Of a stretch of DNA of 64,000 nucleotides, positions 55,850 to 64,000 are shown in pieces. How positions within the stretch are numbered: the first letter of the stretch is position 1; each line of letters starts with the position of its first letter. The notes beneath the pieces are model-generated. The model made no database searches, was not told where the DNA came from, and saw nothing but the letters and a program-made list of their open reading frames with translations. The DNA is taken from NCBI GenBank assembly GCA_964582525.1, contig CAZOSP010000004.1, positions 670 through 64,669 on the forward strand, given 5' to 3'. The position numbers and the translations under genes were made by a program. The stretch is from an uncultured Thiomargarita sp. (GTDB lineage: Bacteria; Pseudomonadota; Gammaproteobacteria; Beggiatoales; Beggiatoaceae).

Positions 55850-56970
55850 GTTTTGGCAGGGTTGTCGAGCCAATCCAGCACAGCTTGTCCGAGATTTTCC
55901 GCAGTAGCTTCAGACTGAATAAATTCAGGCACCAAAACCTTGCCAGATAGCAAATTGGGCAAAGAAACCTGTTCAATTTTAACCAAACGTTTCGCCAGCC
56001 AATAGGTCAGCGGCGCGAGTTTGTAGGCGACGACCATCGGACGTTTGAGTAGCGCGGCTTCCAGTGTCGCGGTGCCAGAGGCGAGGATGATGACTTCTGC
56101 GGCTGTCATAGCACTGTGACTGTGTCCGTCCAAGCAGTGCAGCGGTAGGTTTGCGTATTGGCTTGCTTGGGTGTGCTGCATAAAACAGTTTTTTAGTTTT
56201 TCATTGGCTAAAGGGACCAGAAATTCCAGTTCTGGGCTGCGTTGTTGTAGCCATAGCGCGGTGTCTAAAAAGACCCGGCTAAGGCGGCTGACTTCGCTGA
56301 GGCGGCTGCCGGGGAGCAGGGCGATGTAGCCTTTGTTGGCGGCTAAACCGAGTTCAGTACGCGCTGCTGTTGCGTCGCTGTGGGTGGGAATCTGTTGAGC
56401 CAGCGGATGCCCAACAAAGCGCACGGGATGTCCATGTTTTTGGTAAAAAGCAGCCTCAAAAGGAAAAAGAGTCAACATCAAATCACAAGATTGCCGGATA
56501 CCAGCCAAACGTGAAGCGCGCCACGCCCACACGGTGGGACTGACGTAATGAACAGTGGGGATGCCGGCTTGCTTGAGGCGGCGTTCCAGCGGCAAATTAA
56601 AATCAGGCGCATCAATGCCGATAAATACATCAGGGCGGTTATGTAGAAAATGGCGAATGAGGTGATTGTGGCAGCGTTTGAGCGACACGTAGCGTCCTAG
56701 CACTTCAACGATGCCCATGACGGAAAGTAGTTCCATTGGGTAGCGCGTGTTCATGCCGGCTGCCAGCATTTTTTCCCCGCCTATGCCGTCAAATTGTGCG
56801 TTAGGGAAGTGTTGACGTAAAGCGCGGATCAGTCCCGCGCCGAGCAGATCGCCGGACATTTCGCCAGTAACTATGCCGAACTGTAGTGGACTTTGCTGCC
56901 AAGCATTCGCGTTCGCGCCACAAAAAGACGTGGCGCAAACCCTACTCTGCTGTAGTGGAGGCTCAGGCAT
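55750..56970 (-). CDS. lpxB: Lipid-A-disaccharide synthase, with a 23-codon repeat-derived insertion after codon 7
   Basis: The N-terminal motif is [21 protein letters not shown] and the body is GT19. The only usable in-frame start is the ATG at 56970 (MPEPPLQ...). The TAG stop lies inside the CCCTAC terminus of the repeat element. Confidence 0.85.
   Translation of the reverse strand: [406 protein letters not shown]
56891..56949. mobile_element. REP-like B half-element inserted in the lpxB coding sequence, flanked by 10-bp direct repeats
   Basis: CTGTAGTGGA occurs at 56881..56890 and again at 56950..56959. Between them lies CTTTGCTGCCAAGCATTCGCGTTCGCGCCACAAAAAGACGTGGCGCAAACCCTACTCTG. Confidence 0.75.
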
Positions 56971-59900
56971 CGGGTGAAGTTTCCTGCTGGTGTAGGGTGC
57001 GCGACATCTTTTCGTCGCGCACGCGGGATGATGGTGCGCAACCAAGTAGCCGCGCAAAGTTGTGCAAATCATTCTGCATGGCAGCGAGATTGAATAATTG
57101 GGTATTTTGATAGAGTTCTTGCGCCCAATCTAGCACCTGTTGACATTGATACTCTTCTGCTAATGCTTTAATTTTTAAGGCAAAGTCCTCTATGTCATTG
57201 ATTGATGAATAGGCATTGAAAGCTTGTGCGGTGGGCAAGTGGGTGTTTTGCAAAATAGTCAACAGGTCTTCGGGAATCGGCGCGTTTTTGACTTCCGCAC
57301 CTACCTCCGCGGCTCCTGGTTGGGCTATGTCGCTTTGCTCGGTTGGCGCGGGTAAAAATTGTGCCAGCATTTCTAGTAGGGTTTGTTTGCTGACGGGTTT
57401 GCTGAGGTAGCCGTCACACAAGACGCGGATTTCTTCTTCGTCTTCTTTCATCGCCAGGGCGGTGAGGGCGATGACCGGAATGTGGCGCAGTTGTGGGTCA
57501 TTTTTTAATAAGCGGGTGGCAGCATCGCCGTCTAGTATGGGCATTTTCATGTCCATTAATATGAGGTCGGGATGGTGTTGCTTGGCTTGTGCGATGGCTT
57601 GTTCGCCATTTTCTGCTTCTAATAGGGTGAAGGGGTGGGCGGATAGGTAGAATTTTAACAGTTTGCGATTGAGCGGTACGTCGTCGGCTATCAATAGGCT
57701 GGCTGGGGCAAATTGCGTGTGGGCAGGGACGGGTGCGGTTTTATGCTTGTGTGTTTCGGAGGGTCCGTGAACTACTTGCACTTTGTGCAGCATGACGGTG
57801 AAGGTGCTGCCGTCTCCGGGGCGGCTTTGTAGGGCGAGAATGCCGCCCATCACTTCGACGAGACGTTTGCTGATCGCCAGCCCTAGCCCGGTGCCGCCGT
57901 ATTTGGCGTGGCTTTGGTTTTGTTGCTGTTCAAACGCGCCAAATATGCTGGTTTGTTGATCTTTGGGGATGCCGATGCCGGTGTCGGTGACCGAGAAGCT
58001 TAACTGGATATGGTTTTTTTCCGCAGCCAAATAGTCAAACCAGATTTTTAGGCTAATGCCGCCTTGTTCGGTGAATTTGATGGCGTTGCCGATCAAATTG
58101 AGCAGTATCTGACGTACACGGGTTTCGTCAATGAGCAGTTGTTGCGGTAGATCATCGGGAATCTCCAGACTAAAGCTGAGTTGTTTTTCTTGCAATTTGT
58201 GGGTAAAAATTTTGCGCATGTCCTCAAAGAGCGTGCGCAGCTCGGCGGGATAGTATTCGAGTTCGAGCTTGCCGGCTTCGACTTTGGATAGGTCGAGAAT
58301 GTCGTTAATCAGTTTGAGGAGTGATTTGCCGCTGGTTTCAATGGCATGAAGAAATTCTTTGTGGCGTGCTTCGAGTTGGGCATTGAGCAGGATGTCGGTA
58401 AAGCCCAAGATAGCGTTCATCGGTGTGCGGATTTCGTGGCTCATGTTGGCGAGAAATTCGCTTTTAGCGCGGTTGGCTTGTTCCGCTTGGTTTTTCGCTA
58501 GGCGTAATTCGTCTTCAATACGCTTAAGCTCGCTGACATCTTTAGCGATGCTGTTAAAAGCGATGACTTCGCCCTGCTCGTTGAGGGCGGGCTGGATAGT
58601 CCAAAGCATGTAACGGGTTTGATGGTCACGGCTAACTAGGCGGTTAGAAAAATTAATGTTGCCGGGCTTTTGTTGTATCCAGGCGTGCAATGCTTGAAGG
58701 CTTTTTTGCTGATCTTCGGCATGAATAAAGTCAAATAACGAAGTGCCGATCAACGCTTGTGGCGGCACTGCAAACAGAGCTTGGGCGGCGGGATTGACAT
58801 ATAAAAAATCGCCTTTGTTATCGATTTGTGCGACTAGGCTTTCAGTGCCTTCAACCAATATGCGGTATTGTTCTTCGCTTTTATGGAGGGCTGCTTCGGA
58901 TTGTTTGCGTTGTTCGATTTCCCTATTGAGACGCGCTTGCTGGCGGGCTTGCACGGCTTCACGGTAGCGTAAAAATAATTTCCAAACAACTGCGCAAAGG
59001 GCAAATAAATAAGCCATGTATGCCCACCAAGTGCACCAGAAGGGCGGAGCGATAATAATGCGTAAACGCGCATTGACCGGTCCCCAAACGCCTTCGTTAT
59101 TGCTCGCTTTGACTTGAAAAACATAATTGCCGGGCGGCACTTTGGTGAAAAATGCGCGTTGCCGATTTTTGATAGTTTGCCACTCGGAATCAAAACCGAG
59201 CAATCGATAGGCGTACTGATTTTTGTTCGGCTGAATGTAATTTAAGGCGACAAATTTCAAGTTAAAAGAGTTCTGCCAATGCGCCAGCGTGAGCGTGTCG
59301 GTTTCGGAAATGGGGTATTGCAAAGGCGAGTCAGGACTGTTGGGCGTGATGTTTTGCTGAGAAATTTCCAAGTGGGTTAAAATCACCGGCGGAGGGTAAC
59401 GGTTAGTTTTGAAAAAATCCGGAAAAAAGCTATTAAAACCGTTGATGCCGCCAAAAAACAGCTCACCGGTGTGGCTTTTGGCATACGCAGAATTGAAAAT
59501 ATTGCTTTGTAAGCCATCAGCAATATCGTAGTGCTTGAAGGCTTGCGTGGGTTCAGCGTCAGGCGCGAAACGGCTAATCCCTTGAAAGCTGCTCAACCAT
59601 AAATAGCCGTTATCATCTTCAAGCACACCCCGAATAAAATCACTGGCTAAACCTTGATTTTGCAATTCTTTAGGCTGCTCGCGGTAGTGCAGAAAGCGAC
59701 CGCTTGGATAGTCTGCTGAAGCAGTCTCCAACAATTTATTTAAGCCACTGTCGGCAGTGCTGATCCAAATTGTCCCGTCTTGATCTTGCAACACATTGGT
59801 CATGTCATTGCTGCTTAAACTGTCTTTTTGATGGGGACTATGTTGATAGTGTAATGGCGGTTGAGTGCGATCTTTGGCAAAACACAACACGCCGTCTTCC

Positions 59901-61537
59901 AAGGTGCTGACCCACAGACGTTGCTGGCGATCCTCATAAATATCGATAATCGACAGCAGTTGATCAGCCCTAGGCTTTGCAGCTGAGGATTGCTCAGAGG
60001 GGACCCGTTGGGTAAACCCCAGTTGGGTAAACCAAGGCAGAATTTCTTTTTTAATACCATCAAAGAAATACAGACCGTGACGGGTGCCCAGCCATAAAGT
60101 ACCCGCCCGATCTCGATAAATGCTGCGCACATTGGCGATTAAACTGCGCGTATCATCGGGTAGGCTGGAATAGGTGGTAAAGTCATCGCGTTCCGGGTCG
60201 AAGCGATTTAAGTAGCCGCCATCGGTGCCGACCCAAATAGAGCCATCCACATCTTGGTGTAATGCGCGAACCGTGGGGTTTGGCAAAGCCTCCACATAAT
60301 GCGTGACTTGCTCGCGGTTTTGCGTATAACGACTTAAACCCGCTTGCGTACCCACCCATAATTCGCCATCAAGGGAAGGCAGAATGGCTAACACATCGCT
60401 GTTGATGAGGCTGTTATCGTTATTCGGGTGATGCGTATAGTGGTGAAATTGGTTATAACCCGGATCAACGCGATCCAAGCCCTTCTCCGTGCCAACCCAA
60501 ATACTGCCCGCCCGATCCGCGTACAAAGCCAACACCCGATCATCAGCAAGGCTGTTAGGAAGACTGGCATCATGCCGATAATTTTCCCAAGAATTATCTA
60601 GCGGATTAAGACGGTATAAACCCTGCCCATCTGTGCCAATCCACAAACAGCCATCGGCATCGCTGGTCAACGCCCATACCTGAGACAAAGCGTTGAGTTT
60701 ATATTCAACAAACTGATGGTTAGCGACATCAAAATAATAGAGCGCGTGCATAGTCCCAACCCACAGCGTCTTGTTTTTATCTTCATGCAGACTGGTGACA
60801 TTCTGATCGCTTAAATAATGCTCAAAGCGGAAGCCGGTCTCAGTGTCGATTAAGCGATTTAAGCCATTGCCGTCAGTGCCAACCCACAAAAAACCGCGAC
60901 TGTCCCTATAAATGGGCCAAATCGATTCGCCGCTGATGCTGTTTTTGTGCGCATCGGGCAGAAATTGCTCAATGTGTCCGCTGTTGACATGCAGACGGAA
61001 CAAGCCGTCATTAAGGGTGCCGATCCACAACACATTGTCTGCTGCATCGCCGCTTAAAGACCACACAGAAGGATCGCTCAAGCGGCTCATGCCTTCGGAG
61101 AGCAACGGATACCGGATAAAACGATCCCGCTTGCGATCATAGCGATTTAAGCCGTTGCGCGTACCGACCCACAAATCGCCATTCAGCGCATACACGCTAT
61201 ACACCGTATTGTGACTTAAACTATAGGGATGATGAGATTGATGGCGAAATTGGCTAAATTTTTTACCAGGCGTAAAGCTGTCAAAGCGGTTTAAGCCGTC
61301 TTCCGTGCCAACCCAGATAAACCCCTGGCTGTCTTGGAAAATCGCGTATAGGGAGCTATGTGATAAACTGTCATTGCGAGGCGTGAAATGCTCAAACTTA
61401 AGCACAACTTCGGCATTCGCAAAACCCGCGCAGCACAGCAACAGCCACACAGCCGTCAAAGCAAAACGCAAACTCGCCCAGACGGTTTTAGGCAGCTTCA
61501 AGCCATCTGCAACCTGCCGGAACTGCGAGATTTTCAT
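56963..61537 (-). CDS. Giant hybrid sensor histidine kinase (periplasmic beta-propeller/Y_Y_Y sensor, TM, PAS, HisKA, HATPase_c, REC, HPt)
   Basis: The N-terminal part has many two-component-regulator-propeller repeats (LWVGT..GL.R). A TM segment and a PAS domain follow. It has an H-box (FLANMSHEIRTPMNAILGF), a G-box (GTGLGLAISKRL), a REC (LLIADDVPLNR...LILMDMKMPILDG) and a C-terminal HPt-like region. The start is the ATG at 61537 (MKISQF...) or at 61570. Confidence 0.9.
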   Translation of the reverse strand: MKISQFRQVADGLKLPKTVWASLRFALTAVWLLLCCAGFANAEVVLKFEHFTPRNDSLSHSSLYAIFQDSQGFIWVGTEDGLNRFDSFTPGKKFSQFRHQSHHPYSLSHNTVYSVYALNGDLWVGTRNGLNRYDRKRDRFIRYPLLSEGMSRLSDPSVWSLSGDAADNVLWIGTLNDGLFRLHVNSGHIEQFLPDAHKNSISGESIWPIYRDSRGFLWVGTDGNGLNRLIDTETGFRFEHYLSDQNVTSLHEDKNKTLWVGTMHALYYFDVANHQFVEYKLNALSQVWALTSDADGCLWIGTDGQGLYRLNPLDNSWENYRHDASLPNSLADDRVLALYADRAGSIWVGTEKGLDRVDPGYNQFHHYTHHPNNDNSLINSDVLAILPSLDGELWVGTQAGLSRYTQNREQVTHYVEALPNPTVRALHQDVDGSIWVGTDGGYLNRFDPERDDFTTYSSLPDDTRSLIANVRSIYRDRAGTLWLGTRHGLYFFDGIKKEILPWFTQLGFTQRVPSEQSSAAKPRADQLLSIIDIYEDRQQRLWVSTLEDGVLCFAKDRTQPPLHYQHSPHQKDSLSSNDMTNVLQDQDGTIWISTADSGLNKLLETASADYPSGRFLHYREQPKELQNQGLASDFIRGVLEDDNGYLWLSSFQGISRFAPDAEPTQAFKHYDIADGLQSNIFNSAYAKSHTGELFFGGINGFNSFFPDFFKTNRYPPPVILTHLEISQQNITPNSPDSPLQYPISETDTLTLAHWQNSFNLKFVALNYIQPNKNQYAYRLLGFDSEWQTIKNRQRAFFTKVPPGNYVFQVKASNNEGVWGPVNARLRIIIAPPFWCTWWAYMAYLFALCAVVWKLFLRYREAVQARQQARLNREIEQRKQSEAALHKSEEQYRILVEGTESLVAQIDNKGDFLYVNPAAQALFAVPPQALIGTSLFDFIHAEDQQKSLQALHAWIQQKPGNINFSNRLVSRDHQTRYMLWTIQPALNEQGEVIAFNSIAKDVSELKRIEDELRLAKNQAEQANRAKSEFLANMSHEIRTPMNAILGFTDILLNAQLEARHKEFLHAIETSGKSLLKLINDILDLSKVEAGKLELEYYPAELRTLFEDMRKIFTHKLQEKQLSFSLEIPDDLPQQLLIDETRVRQILLNLIGNAIKFTEQGGISLKIWFDYLAAEKNHIQLSFSVTDTGIGIPKDQQTSIFGAFEQQQNQSHAKYGGTGLGLAISKRLVEVMGGILALQSRPGDGSTFTVMLHKVQVVHGPSETHKHKTAPVPAHTQFAPASLLIADDVPLNRKLLKFYLSAHPFTLLEAENGEQAIAQAKQHHPDLILMDMKMPILDGDAATRLLKNDPQLRHIPVIALTALAMKEDEEEIRVLCDGYLSKPVSKQTLLEMLAQFLPAPTEQSDIAQPGAAEVGAEVKNAPIPEDLLTILQNTHLPTAQAFNAYSSINDIEDFALKIKALAEEYQCQQVLDWAQELYQNTQLFNLAAMQNDLHNFARLLGCAPSSRVRDEKMSRTLHQQETSPDA
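56992..57034. repeat. REP-like A half-element inside the 3' end of the sensor-kinase gene
   Basis: The sequence is GTAGGGTGCGCGACATCTTTTCGTCGCGCACGCGGGATGATGG. On the minus strand it encodes ...PSSRVRDEKMSRTL... of the kinase tail. Confidence 0.8.
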
Positions 61538-61568
61538 ACGCACATCATTACCCTTTAGGAACTGATTC

Positions 61569-64000
61569 ATGAATATAAAAAGTCCTTTGATAACTGCCTT
61601 TGTTTTTCTCAGCAGCATTTTATTATCCCCTACCAGTTTTGCCCATGACGCTGCACAGCACGCCTTTTGGCAGGGTGATTATGGGCAAGCCATCCAGCTT
61701 TGGCAAAAAGCCGTCGAAAATTCTACTAACCCGGTCGAACAACTTGACTATCATATTAAAGTTGCCCTCAGTCAGCGGCAATTGGGGGCTTATACTCGCG
61801 CTCAAGAAAGCTTGCAGCAAGCCCGTCAATTATTACAAACCGTCCCTGAAAGCACGCCTGCTTATCCCAGCTTGGCTGCGCAATTTTATAATGAATACAG
61901 CAAGTTAATGCTTTCAAAAGGCAGCCAACACGGGACTGCCGCGCAACAAGCGGTGGCGCAAGCCTTATCCCTTGCCGAAACCGCATCGCAAGCCGACTTA
62001 TACGCGCAGGTACTTAATCAACAAGGTAATTTACAAGGTTTGCTGCTCGACTACGAAGCCGCCCTCAACAGCTATAACGATGCCCTAGAGAGGCTTCCCG
62101 CAACACAACATGAGCTGCGCAGTAAAATTCAAATTAACCGAGCGCACAAAATCTACTTATTGGATGTGGATAATGCCTATCAGCATGACGATCTGCAACA
62201 AGCCTATCAAAATAGCCGCCGCGCAATATTGCAAACGCTGGCTGAGATGCAAGCTTGGCAAGACAGTTACGCACAAATTATGGGCTTGATTCGCCTCGCA
62301 CAATTAGCCGGAGACATTCAGCAACAACTGCCAACCGCCCAGACTGACTTATCGCAAGCCCGCCTGAAAGCCTTGCAAAAAGCCCTGCGTTTAGCCCAAA
62401 ACATCCAACAGCCGAGCGCGCTCACTCACGTCTATTTAGCCCTTGCCGACCTTTACCAACAACACGCGCACACCGCTCAAGCCTTGCGTCTTAACCGCCA
62501 AGCCGTATTTCATGCGCAACAAGCGCGAGACAATAAACTTTTTTATCTCGGATTGCACCAACAAGGACAACTTTTCCAACAACAAGGCGCGATTGACGAG
62601 GCGATCAAAGCCTACCAACAAGCCACTGAAAAACTCACCCCGATTCGCCTACGCGATGCACAAACCGGTTATTGCAATATCCAACAAAGCTTCCGTGAAC
62701 GCATCGCCCCGGTCTATTTTGAACTCGCTGATTTACTGTTACAACAAGCCGCACAAACCGCAGATGTGGCACAAAAACACGCCCTGTTGAAACGCGCCCG
62801 AGACAGTATTGAATCCTTCAAAGGCGCGGAATTACAGGCCTATTATCGAGACGACTGCATCACCCTTCATACCTCCACACCCGCCGACCAACAACTGGAT
62901 GCGCATTCCGTCGTGTTATATCCGATTTCCCTGCCCAATCGACTAGAATTGCTGCTCAGTTTTAATCAGCACATAGAACAAGTGACGGTGCCCGTCAGCC
63001 AACAACAACTCACGCAAACCGCCGCCTTATTTTTATCCCCTCTGCGCAGTCACCCCAACCCAGAATTACAGGAACGCAGCCGTGATTCGCGGGGTGTCAG
63101 TCGCGGCGTGAGTCGCGGCGACAGCGAATCTCTCTACCAAGACCTTTGCGTCCCCCAAGCACGCGGCAGTCTCTCACTGCCCCCCGCCGCCTTACGCTTC
63201 CAACAACCCGCCCAACAACTCTATGACTGGCTCATAGCCCCGTTGCAAAACAGCTTACAACAACACGCCATAGACACCCTCATCATCGCACCGGACGGCG
63301 CATTACGCACCATCCCCTTTGCCGCCCTACGCAATGGGGAACATTTTTTAATCGAAAAATACGCCCTCGCGGTGATTCCCAGCCTCTCCCTAAGCCGTCG
63401 TCAAACACACAGCAAACCAAACCCCTCAAGCATCCTCATAGCAGGTTTATCCGAAGCGCGACACGGCTTTGCCGAAATCCCTTGCGTAGAATACGAAATC
63501 AACAGCCTCCATGAATTACTCAAGCCGCAGCATCAACCCTTGCTCAACCAAAGCTTCCTGAAAGCCAATCTACAGCAGCAATTAACCGACAAGGATTATC
63601 GCTTCGTACACATCGCCACACATGGACAATTCAGTGCCAATCTGGCGCACACCTTCATTCTCACCTACGACCAGACCCTGCCCCTGAACGCCTTAGAAAA
63701 ACTCATGAAATCCTCCAAAGTACGCAAACACCCCATCGAACTGTTGACCTTAAGTGCCTGCGAAACCGCTGCTGGCGATGACAAAGCCGCGCTGGGTTTA
63801 GCCGGTGTCGCCCTAAAAGCGGGTGTTAATAGTGCGCTGGCAAGTCTCTGGCAAGTTGACGACGAAGCCACACCCACCCTTGTTTTAGAATTTTATAAAC
63901 AGCTCATGCAGCACCCAGAACGTGGCAAAGCACGCGCTTTACAACAAGCGCAAAGTAGGCTATTGCAACAACCAGCATTTGCCGCTTACCGGCATCCTTA
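61569..64000 (+). CDS. Secreted TPR-repeat / CHAT-domain (caspase-like) protein, 3' end outside window
   Basis: This ORF is absent from the ORF track because there is no stop before the window end. The frame starting at the ATG at 61569 (MNIKSPLITAFVFLSSILLSPTSFAHD, signal-peptide-like) is open for 810 codons. It has long Q/A-rich TPR-like repeats and then CHAT hallmarks (FVHIATHGQF ... LLTLSACETAAGD ... GLAGVALKAGVNSALASLWQVDD). Confidence 0.85.
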   Translation, partial: MNIKSPLITAFVFLSSILLSPTSFAHDAAQHAFWQGDYGQAIQLWQKAVENSTNPVEQLDYHIKVALSQRQLGAYTRAQESLQQARQLLQTVPESTPAYPSLAAQFYNEYSKLMLSKGSQHGTAAQQAVAQALSLAETASQADLYAQVLNQQGNLQGLLLDYEAALNSYNDALERLPATQHELRSKIQINRAHKIYLLDVDNAYQHDDLQQAYQNSRRAILQTLAEMQAWQDSYAQIMGLIRLAQLAGDIQQQLPTAQTDLSQARLKALQKALRLAQNIQQPSALTHVYLALADLYQQHAHTAQALRLNRQAVFHAQQARDNKLFYLGLHQQGQLFQQQGAIDEAIKAYQQATEKLTPIRLRDAQTGYCNIQQSFRERIAPVYFELADLLLQQAAQTADVAQKHALLKRARDSIESFKGAELQAYYRDDCITLHTSTPADQQLDAHSVVLYPISLPNRLELLLSFNQHIEQVTVPVSQQQLTQTAALFLSPLRSHPNPELQERSRDSRGVSRGVSRGDSESLYQDLCVPQARGSLSLPPAALRFQQPAQQLYDWLIAPLQNSLQQHAIDTLIIAPDGALRTIPFAALRNGEHFLIEKYALAVIPSLSLSRRQTHSKPNPSSILIAGLSEARHGFAEIPCVEYEINSLHELLKPQHQPLLNQSFLKANLQQQLTDKDYRFVHIATHGQFSANLAHTFILTYDQTLPLNALEKLMKSSKVRKHPIELLTLSACETAAGDDKAALGLAGVALKAGVNSALASLWQVDDEATPTLVLEFYKQLMQHPERGKARALQQAQSRLLQQPAFAAYRHP

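Noticed and set aside
55435-55907. ORFs 55435..55764 and 55653..55907 (109 and 84 aa), with the repeated peptide VRRVRDIFSSRTRDDGTLPSIRVRATKRRGANPT
   Set aside because: They are read-through translations of the REP-doublet elements and of the antisense strand of the lpxB 3' end. The same DNA is read in two different frames in the two tandem units. They have no RBS and no coding logic.
61600-61908. ORF 61600..61908 (+, 102 aa), listed in the ORF track at the start of the last gene
   Set aside because: A different + frame starting at the ATG at 61569 is open for over 2.4 kb to the window end and encodes a coherent signal-peptide/TPR/CHAT protein. The 102-aa ORF is an overlapping out-of-frame artefact.

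Overview
This is a chromosomal window from a Gammaproteobacteria-like genome. Housekeeping anchors are glnD, scpB, prs-tRNA-Gln-ispE, msbA, rlmD, ilvD, lpxB, moeB and rsmJ. It is very rich in signal-transduction genes: three large PAS/hybrid histidine kinases, a CheB-CheR-PAS fusion, a REC-PAS-GGDEF-EAL protein, a PP2C phosphatase and a CBS kinase with a double-REC regulator. It also carries the nitrogen-fixation regulators nifL-nifA next to a solitary rnfA, and a CbbQ/NorQ - Crp/Fnr - CbbO/NorD trio.

The main findings:
1. A ferredoxin-dependent bilin reductase homologue (46296..47030) lies in a non-phototroph-looking context. It is flanked by a receiver-less CheR/CheB pair, an ABM-fold protein with an IsdG-like Asn/Trp/His pattern, and two paralogous small Cys-rich secreted proteins.
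2. Two families of REP/MITE-like palindromic elements are scattered through the intergenic regions. One half-element sits in frame inside the 5' end of lpxB between 10-bp direct repeats. Another supplies the C-terminal tail of the neighbouring kinase. A 197-bp tandem duplication copies the lpxB 3' end.
3. Region 19.1-24.8 kb is a decayed accessory patch. It holds an AT-richer, intact P-type ATPase surrounded by gene fragments (antitoxin-like, IS200-like TnpA, AAA-ATPase-like, O-methyltransferase).
4. The rnfA-nifL intergenic region contains two TGT-N10-ACA motifs and candidate -24/-12 promoters.
5. A ParA/TraL-like ATPase, a TonB-dependent receptor and an MBL-fold hydrolase form an apparent operon behind a repeated 16-nt motif.

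All calls come from reading the translations and sequence by eye. No database search was run. Start codons and small-motif coordinates may be off by a few bases.
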